Below are positions 47,456 to 56,716 of a stretch of DNA of 62,011 bases, piece by piece. Made by a program: the position numbers and the translations under genes. A model generated the notes under the pieces. That model saw nothing but the letters and a program-made list of their open reading frames with translations. It made no database searches and had not been told where the DNA came from. This stretch comes from an uncultured virus (IMG/VR IMGVR_UViG_3300017732_000001). Its lineage: Duplodnaviria > Heunggongvirae > Uroviricota > Caudoviricetes. How positions within the stretch are numbered: position 1 is the first letter of the stretch; every line of letters starts with the position of its first letter. The stretch lies in IMG/VR virus record IMGVR_UViG_3300017732_000001, one strand, 5' to 3'.

Positions 47456-48002
47456 ATGGATCTGTGCAACGTGCTCTTTCAATGAATCGAGAGCACTGCA
47501 GTACCTACAGCAGCGTCAAGGGATCAGAGATCCTCTGGCGCTTTCTGTTGTTATGGCAAACATCAAACAGGAATCAAAGTTTGTTCCTAATGTTTGTGAA
47601 GGTGGTGACCTTGTTGACTGGCAAGACTGTCACAAGGGAGGGTATGGTCTAATCCAATGGACATCTGAGTCACGCTATGCAGGACTTGGAATGTTCTGTG
47701 CTAAGTATGGATTGAATCCATCGTCTTTCGAGGGACAGTTGCGTTATATGTCGAACGAATATCAATTTCAACAGGCACTACTGACGTGGCAAATCCCTGG
47801 TCGTACCTACGCTGAATACCATCGTGCAGCATACAGATGGTTAGGTTGGGGAGTAGAAGGACCACGAAGCACTTATACATATAATTACCTGGATCGACTA
47901 TCAAAAGTCTCCGCTGATGAAAAAGTTCAATCTTCAAGTTCAAATCAAAGACGAGTGGGTCACTTTGAGAAACTACTCGGGTTTATCGGAATTAAAGGGT
48001 AA
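47448..48002 (+). CDS. Phage tail-tip-lysozyme-like muralytic enzyme
   Basis: MANIKQES..GYGLIQWT..R..GQLRY. Confidence 0.8.
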   Translation: MIEWICATCSFNESRALQYLQQRQGIRDPLALSVVMANIKQESKFVPNVCEGGDLVDWQDCHKGGYGLIQWTSESRYAGLGMFCAKYGLNPSSFEGQLRYMSNEYQFQQALLTWQIPGRTYAEYHRAAYRWLGWGVEGPRSTYTYNYLDRLSKVSADEKVQSSSSNQRRVGHFEKLLGFIGIKG

Positions 48003-48084
48003 TTTCTATACAAAGGTTTGCGAAATGTCGAAACCTTATGTACCATATTATTGTAACGTTAGGATGGTTCCCGATGGTAACTAA
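47917..48084 (+). CDS. Possible small protein overlapping the lysozyme 3' end
   Basis: MKKFNLQVQIKDEWVTL...; 55 aa; fills the gap. Confidence 0.4.
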   Translation: MKKFNLQVQIKDEWVTLRNYSGLSELKGNFYTKVCEMSKPYVPYYCNVRMVPDGN

Positions 48085-48346
48085 TGACTGGAGATACTCC
48101 GATGAAATGATGGAGTACAGAGCAACTCTATTGCAAAGATGTGTTAATTGGAAAGGAGAACTTACCAATAAACATTATGATTTTTGTGATTGGGTTATGA
48201 GCAGTGGGCAATATAAAAGACTGATGGAAGTTGAGCAAATTGATTCGGAACTGTTTACACACGAATTATCATCACTCTATCTGGAATACTATTATGACAC
48301 CGAAATTACTAGCAAACAAAAAGATCGCCAAACGTCTGATTACTAA
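48074..48346 (+). CDS. Hypothetical protein
   Basis: DWRYSDE..YDFCDW. Confidence 0.6.
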   Translation: MVTNDWRYSDEMMEYRATLLQRCVNWKGELTNKHYDFCDWVMSSGQYKRLMEVEQIDSELFTHELSSLYLEYYYDTEITSKQKDRQTSDY

Positions 48347-48467
48347 TGCGATGAAGCACCCTGAGAACTATACTCAGGAAGAGATCAATTATGCTTTCGC
48401 AACTCTCCGTCATATCAAAGCGGAGAAGGCACAAAAAGAACTGGCACAAGGGGTTGACAAATCTTGA
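48294..48467 (+). CDS. Small basic hypothetical protein
   Basis: KKIAKRLI..HPENYTQEEINYA. Confidence 0.65.
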   Translation: MTPKLLANKKIAKRLITNAMKHPENYTQEEINYAFATLRHIKAEKAQKELAQGVDKS

Positions 48468-48512
48468 ACATTCAATGTATTATACATAGTGTTGAATGTT
48501 ACGGAATGTAAA
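48439..48512 (+). promoter_or_regulatory. psbA promoter with an upstream motif and a downstream HLR1-like box
   Basis: AACTGGCAC; TTGACA-N18-TATTAT; minus-strand TTTACATT-CC-GTAACATT at 48495-48512. Confidence 0.65.
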
Positions 48513-48530
48513 CAATTCCTCAACTATTAC

Positions 48531-48641
48531 TGCTCCCCTTAAACCGAGACCTCTAGGGAGAATAAATTACGTCTCTCATACCTGCTGCTGAGGGTGCATC
48601 AGGAATATCTATCAGTGTTTCCCTGCACTATTACCTAACCC
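48531..48641 (+). ncRNA. PhotoRC-II-like structured leader of psbA
   Basis: CTCCC/GGGAG, GAGAC/GTCTC, CCTG/CAGG and AGGG/CCCT pairings directly 5' of psbA. The family name is from recall. Confidence 0.65.
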
Positions 48642-48649
48642 TTTTTTCA

Positions 48650-49744
48650 ATGTCTATTTCAAGTCCAACTATTACACGCCAGCGTGGTGGTCTCCTCTCA
48701 GGATGGGACGAACTATGTAACTGGGTCACAAGCGTTGACAACCGCATCTATGTCGGTTGGTTCGGTGTCTTGATGATTCCTTGCTTACTTGCCGCTGCTA
48801 CTTGTTTTGTAATCGCGTTCATCGCTGCTCCACCTGTGGACATCGATGGCATCAGAGAACCTGTTGCAGGATCTCTTATGTATGGTAACAACATCATTTC
48901 TGGTGCTGTTGTCCCTTCTTCAAACGCAATCGGTCTACACTTCTACCCAATCTGGGAAGCAGCATCACTCGATGAGTGGTTGTATAACGGTGGTCCTTTC
49001 CAACTCGTTGTATTCCACTTCCTAATCGGAATCACAGCATACTGTGGTCGTCAGTGGGAACTTTCATACCGTTTAGGTATGCGTCCTTGGATCTGTGTCG
49101 CTTATTCAGCACCAGTATCTGCAGCATTCGCTGTGTTCTTGGTGTATCCTTTCGGACAAGGTTCATTCTCAGATGCGATGCCTCTTGGTATCTCAGGTAC
49201 TTTTAACTATATGTTCGTGTTCCAAGCAGAGCACAACATTCTTATGCACCCCTTCCATATGATGGGAGTAGCAGGTGTGTTTGGTGGTTCTTTATTCAGT
49301 GCAATGCACGGTTCACTAGTCACTTCATCTCTAATCAGAGAGACTACTGAGCAAGAATCTCAGAACTACGGTTACAAGTTCGGTCAAGAAGAAGAGACTT
49401 ACAACATCGTTGCCGCTCACGGTTACTTTGGTCGTTTGATCTTCCAATATGCTTCATTCAACAACTCACGTTCACTTCACTTCTTCCTTGCTGCATTCCC
49501 TGTGGTCTGCATCTGGGCAACTGCAATGGGTGTGAGCACAATGGCATTCAACTTGAACGGATTCAACTTCAACCAGTCGGTTGTTGATGCATCTGGTAAA
49601 GTGATCCCAACTTGGGCAGATGTTCTTAACAGAGCAGGTCTTGGTATGGAAGTTATGCACGAGCGTAACGCTCACAACTTCCCACTAGATCTTGCTGCTG
49701 CTGATTCAACTCCTGTTGCTTTGATTGCACCTTCTATTGGTTGA
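48650..49744 (+). CDS. psbA: Photosystem II D1 protein
   Basis: Full-length D1 ([14 protein letters not shown] ... [13 protein letters not shown]); no intron. Confidence 0.99.
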   Translation: MSISSPTITRQRGGLLSGWDELCNWVTSVDNRIYVGWFGVLMIPCLLAAATCFVIAFIAAPPVDIDGIREPVAGSLMYGNNIISGAVVPSSNAIGLHFYPIWEAASLDEWLYNGGPFQLVVFHFLIGITAYCGRQWELSYRLGMRPWICVAYSAPVSAAFAVFLVYPFGQGSFSDAMPLGISGTFNYMFVFQAEHNILMHPFHMMGVAGVFGGSLFSAMHGSLVTSSLIRETTEQESQNYGYKFGQEEETYNIVAAHGYFGRLIFQYASFNNSRSLHFFLAAFPVVCIWATAMGVSTMAFNLNGFNFNQSVVDASGKVIPTWADVLNRAGLGMEVMHERNAHNFPLDLAAADSTPVALIAPSIG

Positions 49745-49768
49745 TACTATCAATTTAATATGATATTC

Positions 49769-49793
49769 AAGACCCCGAAAGGGGTCTTTTTTT
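49769..49793 (+). terminator. Rho-independent terminator
   Basis: AAGACCCC-GAAA-GGGGTCTT-TTTTT. Confidence 0.9.
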
Positions 49794-49811
49794 ATGGCAT
49801 ATAGATACTGT

Positions 49812-50057
49812 ATGATCAAAAAAATTTGGGATGTCTGGAAGTATTCACTTGGGAGTTTCTCCGACGACAAAACAGAACGATATGATAACCACATTGTTCT
49901 TGTACGGACCATTCTATTTCTCAGTTATCTTATCACTAACTGTTTTATTATCAGCGGAGTCATTCGACATTGGAATCCACCCGAAGAAACTGCTACTAAA
50001 TACCTAAAACGAGTACCTAACACAGACGTTGACTATACAAAACGACCATTGGTTTAG
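49812..50057 (+). CDS. Small membrane protein
   Basis: WKYSLGSFSD..ITNCFIISGVIRHW. Confidence 0.7.
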   Translation: MIKKIWDVWKYSLGSFSDDKTERYDNHIVLVRTILFLSYLITNCFIISGVIRHWNPPEETATKYLKRVPNTDVDYTKRPLV

Positions 50058-53000
50058 TAGAAATTGTGATCCTGAGGACTCTGGCGAACAGCAAGAAGCA
50101 GTCCAGTCTGGAGGGGGTGGTACTGGTGCGCCTGGGGGTGGTGCTTCTCCTAATACATTAGTGGGTGTTGTAGAACAACTTCTAGGTCAATGTTATGGTG
50201 ACAGTGGTACTCTTCTACAAAAGAATTTTCCTACAGATCCTGAGTTACCGTTACCACCTCCTGTTCACATTCCGTGGGACCCTCTGTTATCACAGATTGT
50301 TGGTCTTGGACTGGGAGCACCTTTGACTCCTGATATATTATTTGTTCCTCCTACTGCAGATGATGAAGATAGTGGTAAGGTTTGTACCTCTCCACCAGGG
50401 ACAACTAATGCATCTCCAATTACTGTAGAATGCGACAACGATAAGAACTTAGAACTTCAAGATTGTATTCAGAATCATCTTGATTGTTTCTTCAGACCCT
50501 TTGTTGGTGGTGCGTGGAAACCACCTCAGGCAGACTGTGATTCATTCGTTCCTAAAGCAACGTATGGTACAACCAATATGGTTTGTATCAGAAATTGTGT
50601 TACCGAAAGAGCACCTGTATTTGAAATGAGAAAAGGTATGGGTACTCCAGGGACTGCTATCTTCAATGGTGCCAACACTGTAACTGTTACTGGTAATACT
50701 TCTCAAACAATATCTTTTCATTTTGAGTGGGATGATAACCCTAGAACAGCAGGCACTGCTGTAGATAGTATTACTGTTAGTGGTACTACCTTTACTAGAG
50801 TTGGGGAGAAAGGAAAGCAGACAATAGCAATCACACTCGCACCTGGGGACCATAGTATTTCTTACTCAGGTCTATCTGGTTCTGGATATTCTGTTGACAA
50901 TGATAAGAACTATGGTGACAACAAGTCGATTGCATTCAAAGACAATGATGGTAATGATGCCAACGCAAGGTTTTCTATCTTAGGTAATAATAATATTGGC
51001 AGAGATCATAGGTACAGTCTTTCAGACACACCTGATGCAGGTTATCAGCAGGTAGGTGTATCATTTTATGGCAACATAGTTCCATCAAGTACAGGACGTA
51101 GTATTTCAGTACATAGAACCTTCTCAGCATCTAGACAAGACACTCAGTTAGTATCTGATGTTGCAGGTGAGAGTAGTGACCTAGATGAAGGTGGTTACCA
51201 ACCACGTGATGAGATTCTTTTCTATGGATATAGAGAGGCAGAAGATATGATCTCAGAACTGATGGAGGGTGAGAAACCTGCACCTCTACATCGGTACTAT
51301 AGTTTTGAGGGTAATGATCATAAGTATTCAATTGAATCACTTGGTAATGTAGCGAGCGCACCAAATCTCAAGAATAATATATTCAGGTTTGAAACCCCCG
51401 CTGAGTCTGCACTTAAGATTCAACTTAACATACGACGTGGTGGTGCTTCCTATGAGAATACATTTGGATGGTATGTAACTAACGCAGACAATGAACCTAT
51501 CTTTGGTCGTGTTCTAGTAGACAATGCTACTGATGCATCTGGTACTTTCCATAGAAAGATTCCTAGAGACGAGATCAATTCTTATATGCCTTGTAATCTT
51601 GGGTTCTTTATAATTTCTGATGGTAATAATGGTGGTGCATTTGATGGTCAAGACATTACATTCTCACCACATAATAATTCGCACGGTCCTGGATGGACTA
51701 CTAATGAGAACAGTCATCCTAAACAAAACGGATATGTATTTTTCTCAGACAGGAGATTGAATCCAGATAAAAGGGATCAGACTAAGTGGCCAGATAATGT
51801 TTGGCAATATTGGGAAGACTTGTTCGATGGTGATGAGGACTATAATGATGTTCGTATATCATATAGAGTAGGGTATGGTGAAAGTGAATACTACTACGAA
51901 GGTATTGAATGTTATGTGTTCTCTGAACCTGCTCAACCAGTTATGGCAAACATCAACGTACAAGATGACTGTGAGAAGAAAGCATTTAGGAAGGGGTCAT
52001 TTGGTGATGTGATGTTGGTCCGTACAGAATGTGGTTCCTATCACGAACATCCTAAGACAGGTGCTGACACGTGGGAGTGTGGTAAATGTAAAGGTGACTA
52101 TGCAAATAGTATTAACAGAGTACAGAAAGTTAAGATTGCAAAATCTACAACACTAACGATCAGATCACACGGTGGTATGACTGCAGGTTATGGTGACTGT
52201 ACTAAGTTTACTTGGTTACTTAAATTGAATGGTGATGTAATCTATCAAGAGAAATCACTAGTATCTGAATGGAAAACGATCGGTGCTGTCTTACATACTT
52301 TTGATGTACAGAAGGGAGACAACTTAGTATTTAAAATTAAATCAATCGACACAGGACACTACAACGGAAAAGCATCTCCTGCATTCGCAATCAGAGATGA
52401 ATCGGAAGGTACATACGTCAATACTTGGACTGTCAATTTACTTACACAGTCACACAGTTATGGAACTGACAGTAAAGATCAAGCAGAGGGACAACCACAA
52501 TCAGGTCCTGAGATTACAGAACCGTGTGGTCTACCTACTAGTGGTCAGTTATTTGTTTGGAATAATCACTTGGATGATGACCCAGATAAGGAAGATTATA
52601 CAACTGTAATAACAAATAAGGTAGTGGATCAAGCAGCAAACGTTTATTTGGATCATCCTGATAGAGCATCACAGAGATGTAGGATCATTAATGGTAAAGA
52701 TATTGCACTTAGATACGAAGATGGTGATGTAGGTTACGTTGATGTCGTCGCAAAGAACGGATTCTCAGTGAGACTCAAGTATCTTATTGAAGATAAAGAC
52801 AGTTATTATGTCAGATGGTACCTTGATAGTGTTGAAGACTGGGGTAGTGGTGGTTTTAAAGTTAATGATGAGTTTGATTTACTCATTGATGATCAGGATG
52901 AGTATTTCAATACAGATGAAAATGGATTTGATGGTATTACTTGGTCTGGTCCTGAGTATTATAAGATAGGATTCAAAGTGACTGGTGTTAACTCTGATCA

Positions 53001-53679
53001 GTGTCCTGACCCTAATGAAAACCAAGGTAGGATTCAAGACATTGCTCTTGGTGCATATGGTGACATAACAACTCCTAGACAACCAGATGCGATTGTGGTA
53101 AACAATCAGAGCACTACAGGTAATGAGTATGCAGTTAATATGAATGAGGTCTTCCAGAGTTTCTTCTTGTATGAGAGTGGAACTGCAACATCATTCCATC
53201 AGTATTGGTTGGAACAAACCGCTGCAGGTAATGACGTAGTGTTTGCAACAGATTACTCTGATCAGAAAGGACTACGTTTCAGACTAAGGATAAGAGTTAC
53301 ACGTCAGGACAACTATGAGTCTGGTGATGCGTATAAGTTTGATAGATATGGATGGTTTGGTATGGTAAGAATCTCACAAGTATTCTCTTACGGTAAGAGA
53401 TATGATGCAGATGATGTGCTTAATATTCAGTGGCCGCCTAAGCAATTGCAGGTTACTGATGGTGATGAACCAATGTCTCCTTACTTCCCTAGTCAAAAGA
53501 ACCTACCTAAGAAAGTTCTTGTACGGGATGCTACCACCGCTAGATACAAACGTAATGCTAGAATGGCAATCTACCAATCAATGCACGACAAAACGAGCAC
53601 GGTATGGTATAGTAATAGGACTGCTTATCAACCTACACAGGTGAGGCAGTTCAACATAATCATTAAAGATACCGACTAA
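50029..53679 (+). CDS. Large multi-domain, probably virion/fibre protein (1216 aa; TTG start uncertain)
   Basis: CTAAATA late-like promoter near 49996; Cys-rich spacers, beta-rich domains, a WEDLFDGDEDYNDV motif and HRYYS..DHKY repeat. Confidence 0.8.
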   Translation: MTIQNDHWFSRNCDPEDSGEQQEAVQSGGGGTGAPGGGASPNTLVGVVEQLLGQCYGDSGTLLQKNFPTDPELPLPPPVHIPWDPLLSQIVGLGLGAPLTPDILFVPPTADDEDSGKVCTSPPGTTNASPITVECDNDKNLELQDCIQNHLDCFFRPFVGGAWKPPQADCDSFVPKATYGTTNMVCIRNCVTERAPVFEMRKGMGTPGTAIFNGANTVTVTGNTSQTISFHFEWDDNPRTAGTAVDSITVSGTTFTRVGEKGKQTIAITLAPGDHSISYSGLSGSGYSVDNDKNYGDNKSIAFKDNDGNDANARFSILGNNNIGRDHRYSLSDTPDAGYQQVGVSFYGNIVPSSTGRSISVHRTFSASRQDTQLVSDVAGESSDLDEGGYQPRDEILFYGYREAEDMISELMEGEKPAPLHRYYSFEGNDHKYSIESLGNVASAPNLKNNIFRFETPAESALKIQLNIRRGGASYENTFGWYVTNADNEPIFGRVLVDNATDASGTFHRKIPRDEINSYMPCNLGFFIISDGNNGGAFDGQDITFSPHNNSHGPGWTTNENSHPKQNGYVFFSDRRLNPDKRDQTKWPDNVWQYWEDLFDGDEDYNDVRISYRVGYGESEYYYEGIECYVFSEPAQPVMANINVQDDCEKKAFRKGSFGDVMLVRTECGSYHEHPKTGADTWECGKCKGDYANSINRVQKVKIAKSTTLTIRSHGGMTAGYGDCTKFTWLLKLNGDVIYQEKSLVSEWKTIGAVLHTFDVQKGDNLVFKIKSIDTGHYNGKASPAFAIRDESEGTYVNTWTVNLLTQSHSYGTDSKDQAEGQPQSGPEITEPCGLPTSGQLFVWNNHLDDDPDKEDYTTVITNKVVDQAANVYLDHPDRASQRCRIINGKDIALRYEDGDVGYVDVVAKNGFSVRLKYLIEDKDSYYVRWYLDSVEDWGSGGFKVNDEFDLLIDDQDEYFNTDENGFDGITWSGPEYYKIGFKVTGVNSDQCPDPNENQGRIQDIALGAYGDITTPRQPDAIVVNNQSTTGNEYAVNMNEVFQSFFLYESGTATSFHQYWLEQTAAGNDVVFATDYSDQKGLRFRLRIRVTRQDNYESGDAYKFDRYGWFGMVRISQVFSYGKRYDADDVLNIQWPPKQLQVTDGDEPMSPYFPSQKNLPKKVLVRDATTARYKRNARMAIYQSMHDKTSTVWYSNRTAYQPTQVRQFNIIIKDTD

Positions 53680-53948
53680 TGGAGTACTGGGATAGACGCT
53701 TTATGAAATCTAAGATGGAGTTGGATGCTATTAAAGGAGCACTCAAGTCTGGAGATCAAGCGAAAGCGAAACAGAAACTTAAAAAGATTAGAAAGTTTTT
53801 TAGATCACCCTTGGGAGAGGTTGCAAGATTGGACCAAACCCTATATAATGTTACGAAACCGACACAGGAGGACACGATTGATGCCATCAACGAAGGATCA
53901 AAAGATTCGGGGGATGACACTGCTGATAGAGAGTCTGCACAAACCTGA
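53679..53948 (+). CDS. Hypothetical protein
   Basis: TAATG-coupled. Confidence 0.6.
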   Translation: MEYWDRRFMKSKMELDAIKGALKSGDQAKAKQKLKKIRKFFRSPLGEVARLDQTLYNVTKPTQEDTIDAINEGSKDSGDDTADRESAQT

Positions 53949-54066
53949 CTCTAAACTCAGAGCGTGTGCACACAACCAAGAATGTTACGATGAACTCTTA
54001 AATTATCGTGACGAATTAGTAGAGTATTGCCATACAAAATTGGGAGAAATCAATGCTCAATCTTGA
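53881..54066 (+). CDS. Hypothetical protein
   Basis: AGGAGG Shine-Dalgarno; LRACAHNQECY. Confidence 0.65.
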   Translation: MPSTKDQKIRGMTLLIESLHKPDSKLRACAHNQECYDELLNYRDELVEYCHTKLGEINAQS

Positions 54067-54262
54067 TCAATATTACCATTCTTATTTGGAGAATAAACAG
54101 AAAAAGTTCTGTATTGATGGGGTTTATGAGTCCGTAGTCTCCTATGGTTACCATTGTGATGGTAGCGACATAACTGGACACTATGTCTTGACAGATAACT
54201 ACCGTTTAGTGTATGATCGTTCTGGGTTATTTCAATACAAGGAAAAGTGGTCGAGTGGTTGA
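54053..54262 (+). CDS. Hypothetical protein whose 3' end overlaps tRNA-Ser
   Basis: GGAG Shine-Dalgarno; stop codon lies inside the tRNA D-arm. Confidence 0.6.
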   Translation: MLNLDQYYHSYLENKQKKFCIDGVYESVVSYGYHCDGSDITGHYVLTDNYRLVYDRSGLFQYKEKWSSG

Positions 54263-54325
54263 TGGCATTGGTCTTGAAAACCAACGATGTGAAGGCATCC
54301 GTGGGTTCGAATCCCACCTTTTCCG
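54241..54325 (+). tRNA. tRNA-Ser(UGA)
   Basis: GGAAAAG/CTTTTCC acceptor stem, TTGGT-CTTGAAA-ACCAA, long variable arm and GGTTCGAATCCC; no CCA. Confidence 0.93.
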
Positions 54326-54348
54326 TTACACAATTAAACAATGTTGTG

Positions 54349-54356
54349 TATAAATA
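54349..54356 (+). promoter_or_regulatory. T4-type late promoter
   Basis: TATAAATA. Confidence 0.7.
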
Positions 54357-54422
54357 ATCATTCGTGCCCGAATCGTATCGCATCACGAATCGTTCACACT
54401 ATTAATTAAGGAGTTTTTTTAA

Positions 54423-54791
54423 ATGATCAAATCTGCATTCGCTGCTCTTGCCGCTGCAACTGCTATTGCTGCCCCATCTGCGGTCCTTGCAGGACCCTAC
54501 GTCAACGTGGAAACAAACGCTGGATGGACTGGTTCTAATTACACATCTGCAACCACAGATCTTCACGTGGGGTACGAGGGTGCCACAGGAAGCGCTTCAT
54601 ATTACGTTCAAGCGGGTCCATCTGTAATCGCTGTTGACGGTGCTGAGAGTAGCACTGAGTTCTCAGGTAAGGCAGGTCTTGGACTGTCTGTTTCAGAAGC
54701 AGTTGGAGTATATGGTGAAATCTCATTCCTAACAGATGAGGTTGCTGACACTGGTTATGGTGGTAAATTAGGAGTTAAGTACGCTTTCTAA
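54423..54791 (+). CDS. Small secreted outer-membrane beta-barrel-like protein
   Basis: Signal peptide, alternating beta strands and C-terminal GVKYAF (BAM-type terminal Phe). Confidence 0.75.
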   Translation: MIKSAFAALAAATAIAAPSAVLAGPYVNVETNAGWTGSNYTSATTDLHVGYEGATGSASYYVQAGPSVIAVDGAESSTEFSGKAGLGLSVSEAVGVYGEISFLTDEVADTGYGGKLGVKYAF

Positions 54792-54815
54792 GTTTTTCAT
54801 ACCATAATAGATACT

Positions 54816-54839
54816 AGGGAGCATAGTGCTCCCTTTTTT
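54816..54839 (+). terminator. Rho-independent terminator
   Basis: AGGGAGCA-tag-TGCTCCCT-TTTTT. Confidence 0.85.
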
Positions 54840-54847
54840 ATTCTCTA

Positions 54848-55096
54848 ATGACAATGCCTAACACTACTATTATCTACACTCGTGACGGTTGCCCTTTCTG
54901 TGTTAAGATTAAGAAACTATACGAGATGAAAGGATGGAAATTCCAAGAACAAAAACTTGATGTCAACTTCACACGTCCACAATTCTGGGAAGAGTTTGGT
55001 CGTACCGCTACGTTCCCACAATTAATCGTTGATGGTAAAAGGACTGGTGGGTGTAACGAAACACTCACACAGTTTAGATCCCAGGGTCTTCTATAA
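54848..55096 (+). CDS. nrdC: Glutaredoxin
   Basis: CPFC, TFPQ and GG. Confidence 0.9.
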   Translation: MTMPNTTIIYTRDGCPFCVKIKKLYEMKGWKFQEQKLDVNFTRPQFWEEFGRTATFPQLIVDGKRTGGCNETLTQFRSQGLL

Positions 55097-55160
55097 ATAA
55101 CCTTAGCGTTATAGGAGGTCTCTAACTTGCACCCTTTGTTCACCTTACTTGGAGAGACCG

Positions 55161-55391
55161 ATGGAAACAGCATTATATGTCTTCGCAATCATAGGATCAT
55201 TCCTAATTGGAGGACTGGTAACTTGGACAGCGAAAGACTACATTGATGCATACATTGATAACGCTGCTTACGCAAAGTCAATTACGCATCCTGAGATGCT
55301 GGATGAGGAAGGCAATGTAGATCAGACTGAACTGCTCTACTTGCGATTCACAGAGAACGATGATATACTTGATGTTGAAGACGACGACTAA
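55161..55391 (+). CDS. Small membrane protein
   Basis: Transmembrane helix plus HPEMLDEEGN; TATAAATA at 55092-55099. Confidence 0.75.
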   Translation: METALYVFAIIGSFLIGGLVTWTAKDYIDAYIDNAAYAKSITHPEMLDEEGNVDQTELLYLRFTENDDILDVEDDD

Positions 55392-55394
55392 GTT

Positions 55395-56264
55395 ATGATC
55401 CTGGTCGATATGAATCAGGTAATGATCGCTAACCTTATGGTTAGTTTGTCACTATCTGATGAACTACAAGAAGGACTGGTTCGCCATATGATCCTTAACT
55501 CGTTGCGTAATTACAGGCACGAGTTTCGGAAAGAGTATGGTGAGTTAGTCCTTTGCTATGACAGTAAACACTACTGGAGACGCGAATACTATCCGTACTA
55601 TAAAGGTACGAGAAAGAAAGACCGAGAGAAGTCCAAGCACAATTGGAACAACATCTTCGATCTACTGAACAAACTTAAGGATGAGTTTCGAGAGTCACTC
55701 CCCTATAAAGTTGTTGAGGTTGATGGAGCAGAAGCAGATGACATCATCGCAATCCTTGTTAAAGACCAAGGTCTTAAGAACATACGATTGCAAAACAATA
55801 TGCAACCTGCTCAGAAAGTTTTGATCCTATCTGGTGATAAAGATTTTATTCAACTACAACGCTTTAGGTTTGTTACTCAGTACAATCCTTGCCTCAAGAA
55901 ATATGTGAACGGTGTAGACCCTCTCATCTATATCTCTGAGCACATCCTCAAAGGCGATAGGAGCGACGGAATCCCCAACATCCTATCAGACGACTCCTGC
56001 CTTACAGAAGGACGCAGACAGCGCCCTCTGGCACGTAAGAAGATCGATGTCTGGGTACAGAACTTAGACTACATCCCTGAGGAAAACAAAAAGAACTACG
56101 AAAGAAACAAAACTCTGATAGACTTTTCTTGTATCCCAAAAGAGGTTGAAGAAAAGATTATAGATACCTATGAGAGTTTTAATCCTCCTGCACGTAAGTA
56201 CGTGTGGAAGTATCTTGTAGACAACGAACTAAATGATTTGCTCCAACAAATAGGAGACTTTTAA
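55395..56264 (+). CDS. rnh: T4-type RNase H (5'-3' exonuclease)
   Basis: ILVDMNQ, YWRR..YKGTR, EADDII, SGDKDFIQL and GDRSDGIPN. Confidence 0.94.
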   Translation: MILVDMNQVMIANLMVSLSLSDELQEGLVRHMILNSLRNYRHEFRKEYGELVLCYDSKHYWRREYYPYYKGTRKKDREKSKHNWNNIFDLLNKLKDEFRESLPYKVVEVDGAEADDIIAILVKDQGLKNIRLQNNMQPAQKVLILSGDKDFIQLQRFRFVTQYNPCLKKYVNGVDPLIYISEHILKGDRSDGIPNILSDDSCLTEGRRQRPLARKKIDVWVQNLDYIPEENKKNYERNKTLIDFSCIPKEVEEKIIDTYESFNPPARKYVWKYLVDNELNDLLQQIGDF

Positions 56265-56266
56265 CT

Positions 56267-56716
56267 ATGGCATTTAAACTTATGATTTCTGAAATTCTGC
56301 AGAAAGCACACAACGCTAAAACAAAAGCAGAGAAGGTGAAAATCCTTCAAGAAAATAATTCACAGTCACTCAGGTCACTGTTCATCTGGAACTTTGACGA
56401 GACTGTAGAGTCCATCGTACCAGAAGGTGAAGTACCTTACCGAGAAAACGATGCACCCCAAGGAACAGAGCATACACTTCTAGAGAAAGAAGGACGTAAG
56501 TTTTATTACTTCATCAAGGGTGGTGCAGAAAACATCAACAAGATGACACGTGAGAATATGTTTATTCAAATGTGTGAAGGGTTGCATAAAGATGAAGCAG
56601 AAGTTCTTTGTCTTGTAAAAGATAAGAAGTTGCACAAGAAGTTTCGTATCACAAAGAATGTTGTGAGTGAAGCGTTTCCAACTATCAATTGGGGTGGTCG
56701 GAGTCAGAACGCTTAA
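56267..56716 (+). CDS. Conserved T4-like hypothetical protein
   Basis: PEGEVPY..RENMFIQMCEGLH. Confidence 0.8.
   Translation: MAFKLMISEILQKAHNAKTKAEKVKILQENNSQSLRSLFIWNFDETVESIVPEGEVPYRENDAPQGTEHTLLEKEGRKFYYFIKGGAENINKMTRENMFIQMCEGLHKDEAEVLCLVKDKKLHKKFRITKNVVSEAFPTINWGGRSQNA

Noticed and set aside
21541..49744. Introns or inteins in gp43, gp41, nrdA, nrdB or psbA
   Set aside because: All are uninterrupted and of normal length.
54241..54325. Suppressor or selenocysteine tRNA, or a recoded genetic code
   Set aside because: The anticodon UGA reads Ser (UCA) codons, and core genes translate fully with the standard code using all three stops.
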